This document shows positions 20,594 through 21,857 of a stretch of 21,857 nucleotides of DNA, one piece after another. A program made the translations under genes and the position numbers. Position 1 is the stretch's first letter; every line of letters starts with the position of its first letter. Below the pieces are notes generated by a model that ran no database searches, was not told where the DNA came from, and was given only the letters and a program-made list of their open reading frames with translations. This stretch comes from Ginkgo biloba (lineage: Eukaryota; Plantae; Ginkgophyta). The stretch lies in contig JANKJI020000001.1 of the NCBI GenBank assembly GCA_024626585.2, positions 7,641,400 to 7,663,256 of the forward strand, read 5' to 3'.

Positions 20594-21857
20594 CATGGTT
20601 TATGGTTGATTTTAGATTTGCATGGATATTAGGGTTTGGTGTATTTATTGTTTTCCTCAGTTTTCAGGTCCTAAACCTTGGCGCCTAGTGGTAGCTTGTC
20701 CTAGTAGGGAATCCATGGAGGAGAATGTTAGGTATAGATTTAGCCATGCCTTTGCATTTATTGCATTTTGTCTAGCTTAAGGCAATATAAGCCATAGCGT
20801 GTTGTACGCATTCATGACTTCTTGTCATGGGCTACTGATACTGAGGGTAGAGATAACACCCTAAGAACCCTCAAAGATACTTCAATGTTGTGAGGTGTGC
20901 TAGCACTCATAGTGGGCCATACATGTAGACTGACTTGCATGGGTATATGTTTTGTGCACATTGTTTTTGCTCACAATTATTTGCAGTCATTTATGCTTGT
21001 GTTGCGTGGCATTGTTAGTTAGAGACGGACTTCTCATTAAGGAGATGGTCCTAGTGCTAAAGAGCGATTGAAAATAGGCCTACACTTGGCACTCTTATTT
21101 GGCTGTAAGGGGTGGAATCAAGCAGGGTGTCATTAGTTGCTTGGTGTTGATGGTGTGTATTGTGTTGCCATCGAAGGTTTGGCTATCAACGAAATAGGCC
21201 CTTTCAAGTGGTTCCCGATGACCAACAATAGATGCTAGCCCAAGTTTCCAAGCCTATCTTTGCCCCTAATGGTCTAGTTTTTTGAGCCTGTCATGAATTG
21301 TACTTGAATCATTAATATAAATGAACATTTCATAGGCATTCGTACTCTGATGATTTATTTAGCTTGCATCTTTTAATATTGTTAGCATGTAGGTCTAAGA
21401 GATAGGACTATTTTTTTAATTGGGATTGGAATATTAGTCGACAATCACTAAATTTGTTACAGAAGGCATTAGAGAGATGCTTACATACCTACAAAATTAT
21501 AGGCTTAGAGAGCACTATTTGCTGACTACTTGTAGCATTGAATACAAAATAAACTATTTACATTAAAGCCTATATTAGTTCAAACCGAAATTGGCTTTGA
21601 TTTACACTAAAGCATGGTCATTCTCAGATGTCATGTCTTAGATTCCATCTAACTCTAGTGGTGGGAGGTCTAGGTTGAGAATTGATCATTACTTTACCCT
21701 AATAGTAACAGGCGAGACTCTTAAAGAGGTATTAAATCCTAGGGGAAGATTCAAGATGGAATCTAAGATCTTGAAGAAGTTAGAGGTCATTGAAGCTAAA
21801 GTGAGGAAGCTTAAGGAGGATAGGCAACCTCCGTAGAACCCTATCCTTACCTACGAA
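20594..21857 (+). mobile_element. Probable gypsy-like LTR 3' part, degenerate PBS and start of the internal region
   Basis: A T/G-rich LTR-like tract ends TTGTTACA at 21461, followed after 2 nt by AGGCATTAGAG (8/11 to TGGTATCAGAG). A short coiled-coil-like MESKILKKLEVIEAKVRKLKEDRQPP* lies at 21756-21836. Confidence 0.42.

Noticed and set aside
21845-21857. Donor-like TAG|GTAAGG on the minus strand at the window edge as the upstream exon end
   Set aside because: The phase would fit (AG|T), but the preceding codon is CGT rather than the expected Glu, the site lies in TE-like sequence, and too few bases are visible.

Overview
Eukaryotic nuclear DNA from a gappy draft assembly (about 14 N-runs, several of about 100 N and so probably of unknown size). 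It most likely comes from a large-genome vascular plant, probably a gymnosperm; this is inferred from intron size and TE style. The whole window appears to lie inside one minus-strand gene, a PYROXD2-type FAD/NAD(P)-binding oxidoreductase (At5g49555-like). Two short internal exons are visible, 13283-13171 and 8380-8301; the ORF track misses the second. They splice in phase to (S)MEEIDMACRDAWNGYPSRRPLIEMTIPSVLDNTISPPG|KHVINLFIQYTPYKLQEGSWQDSAIR. The rest is large intron filled with decayed retroelements: a Ty3/gypsy-type gag with four degenerate zinc knuckles, a LINE 3' end with RNase H, a second RNase H remnant, an integrase fragment, several LTR/tRNA-Met PBS junctions, a 21-bp minisatellite, a recurrent palindromic motif and a hairpin-dense, possibly organelle-derived patch. 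I find no convincing evidence of a novel biological system; the findings below are modest leads. All family assignments come from recalled motifs, not database searches.
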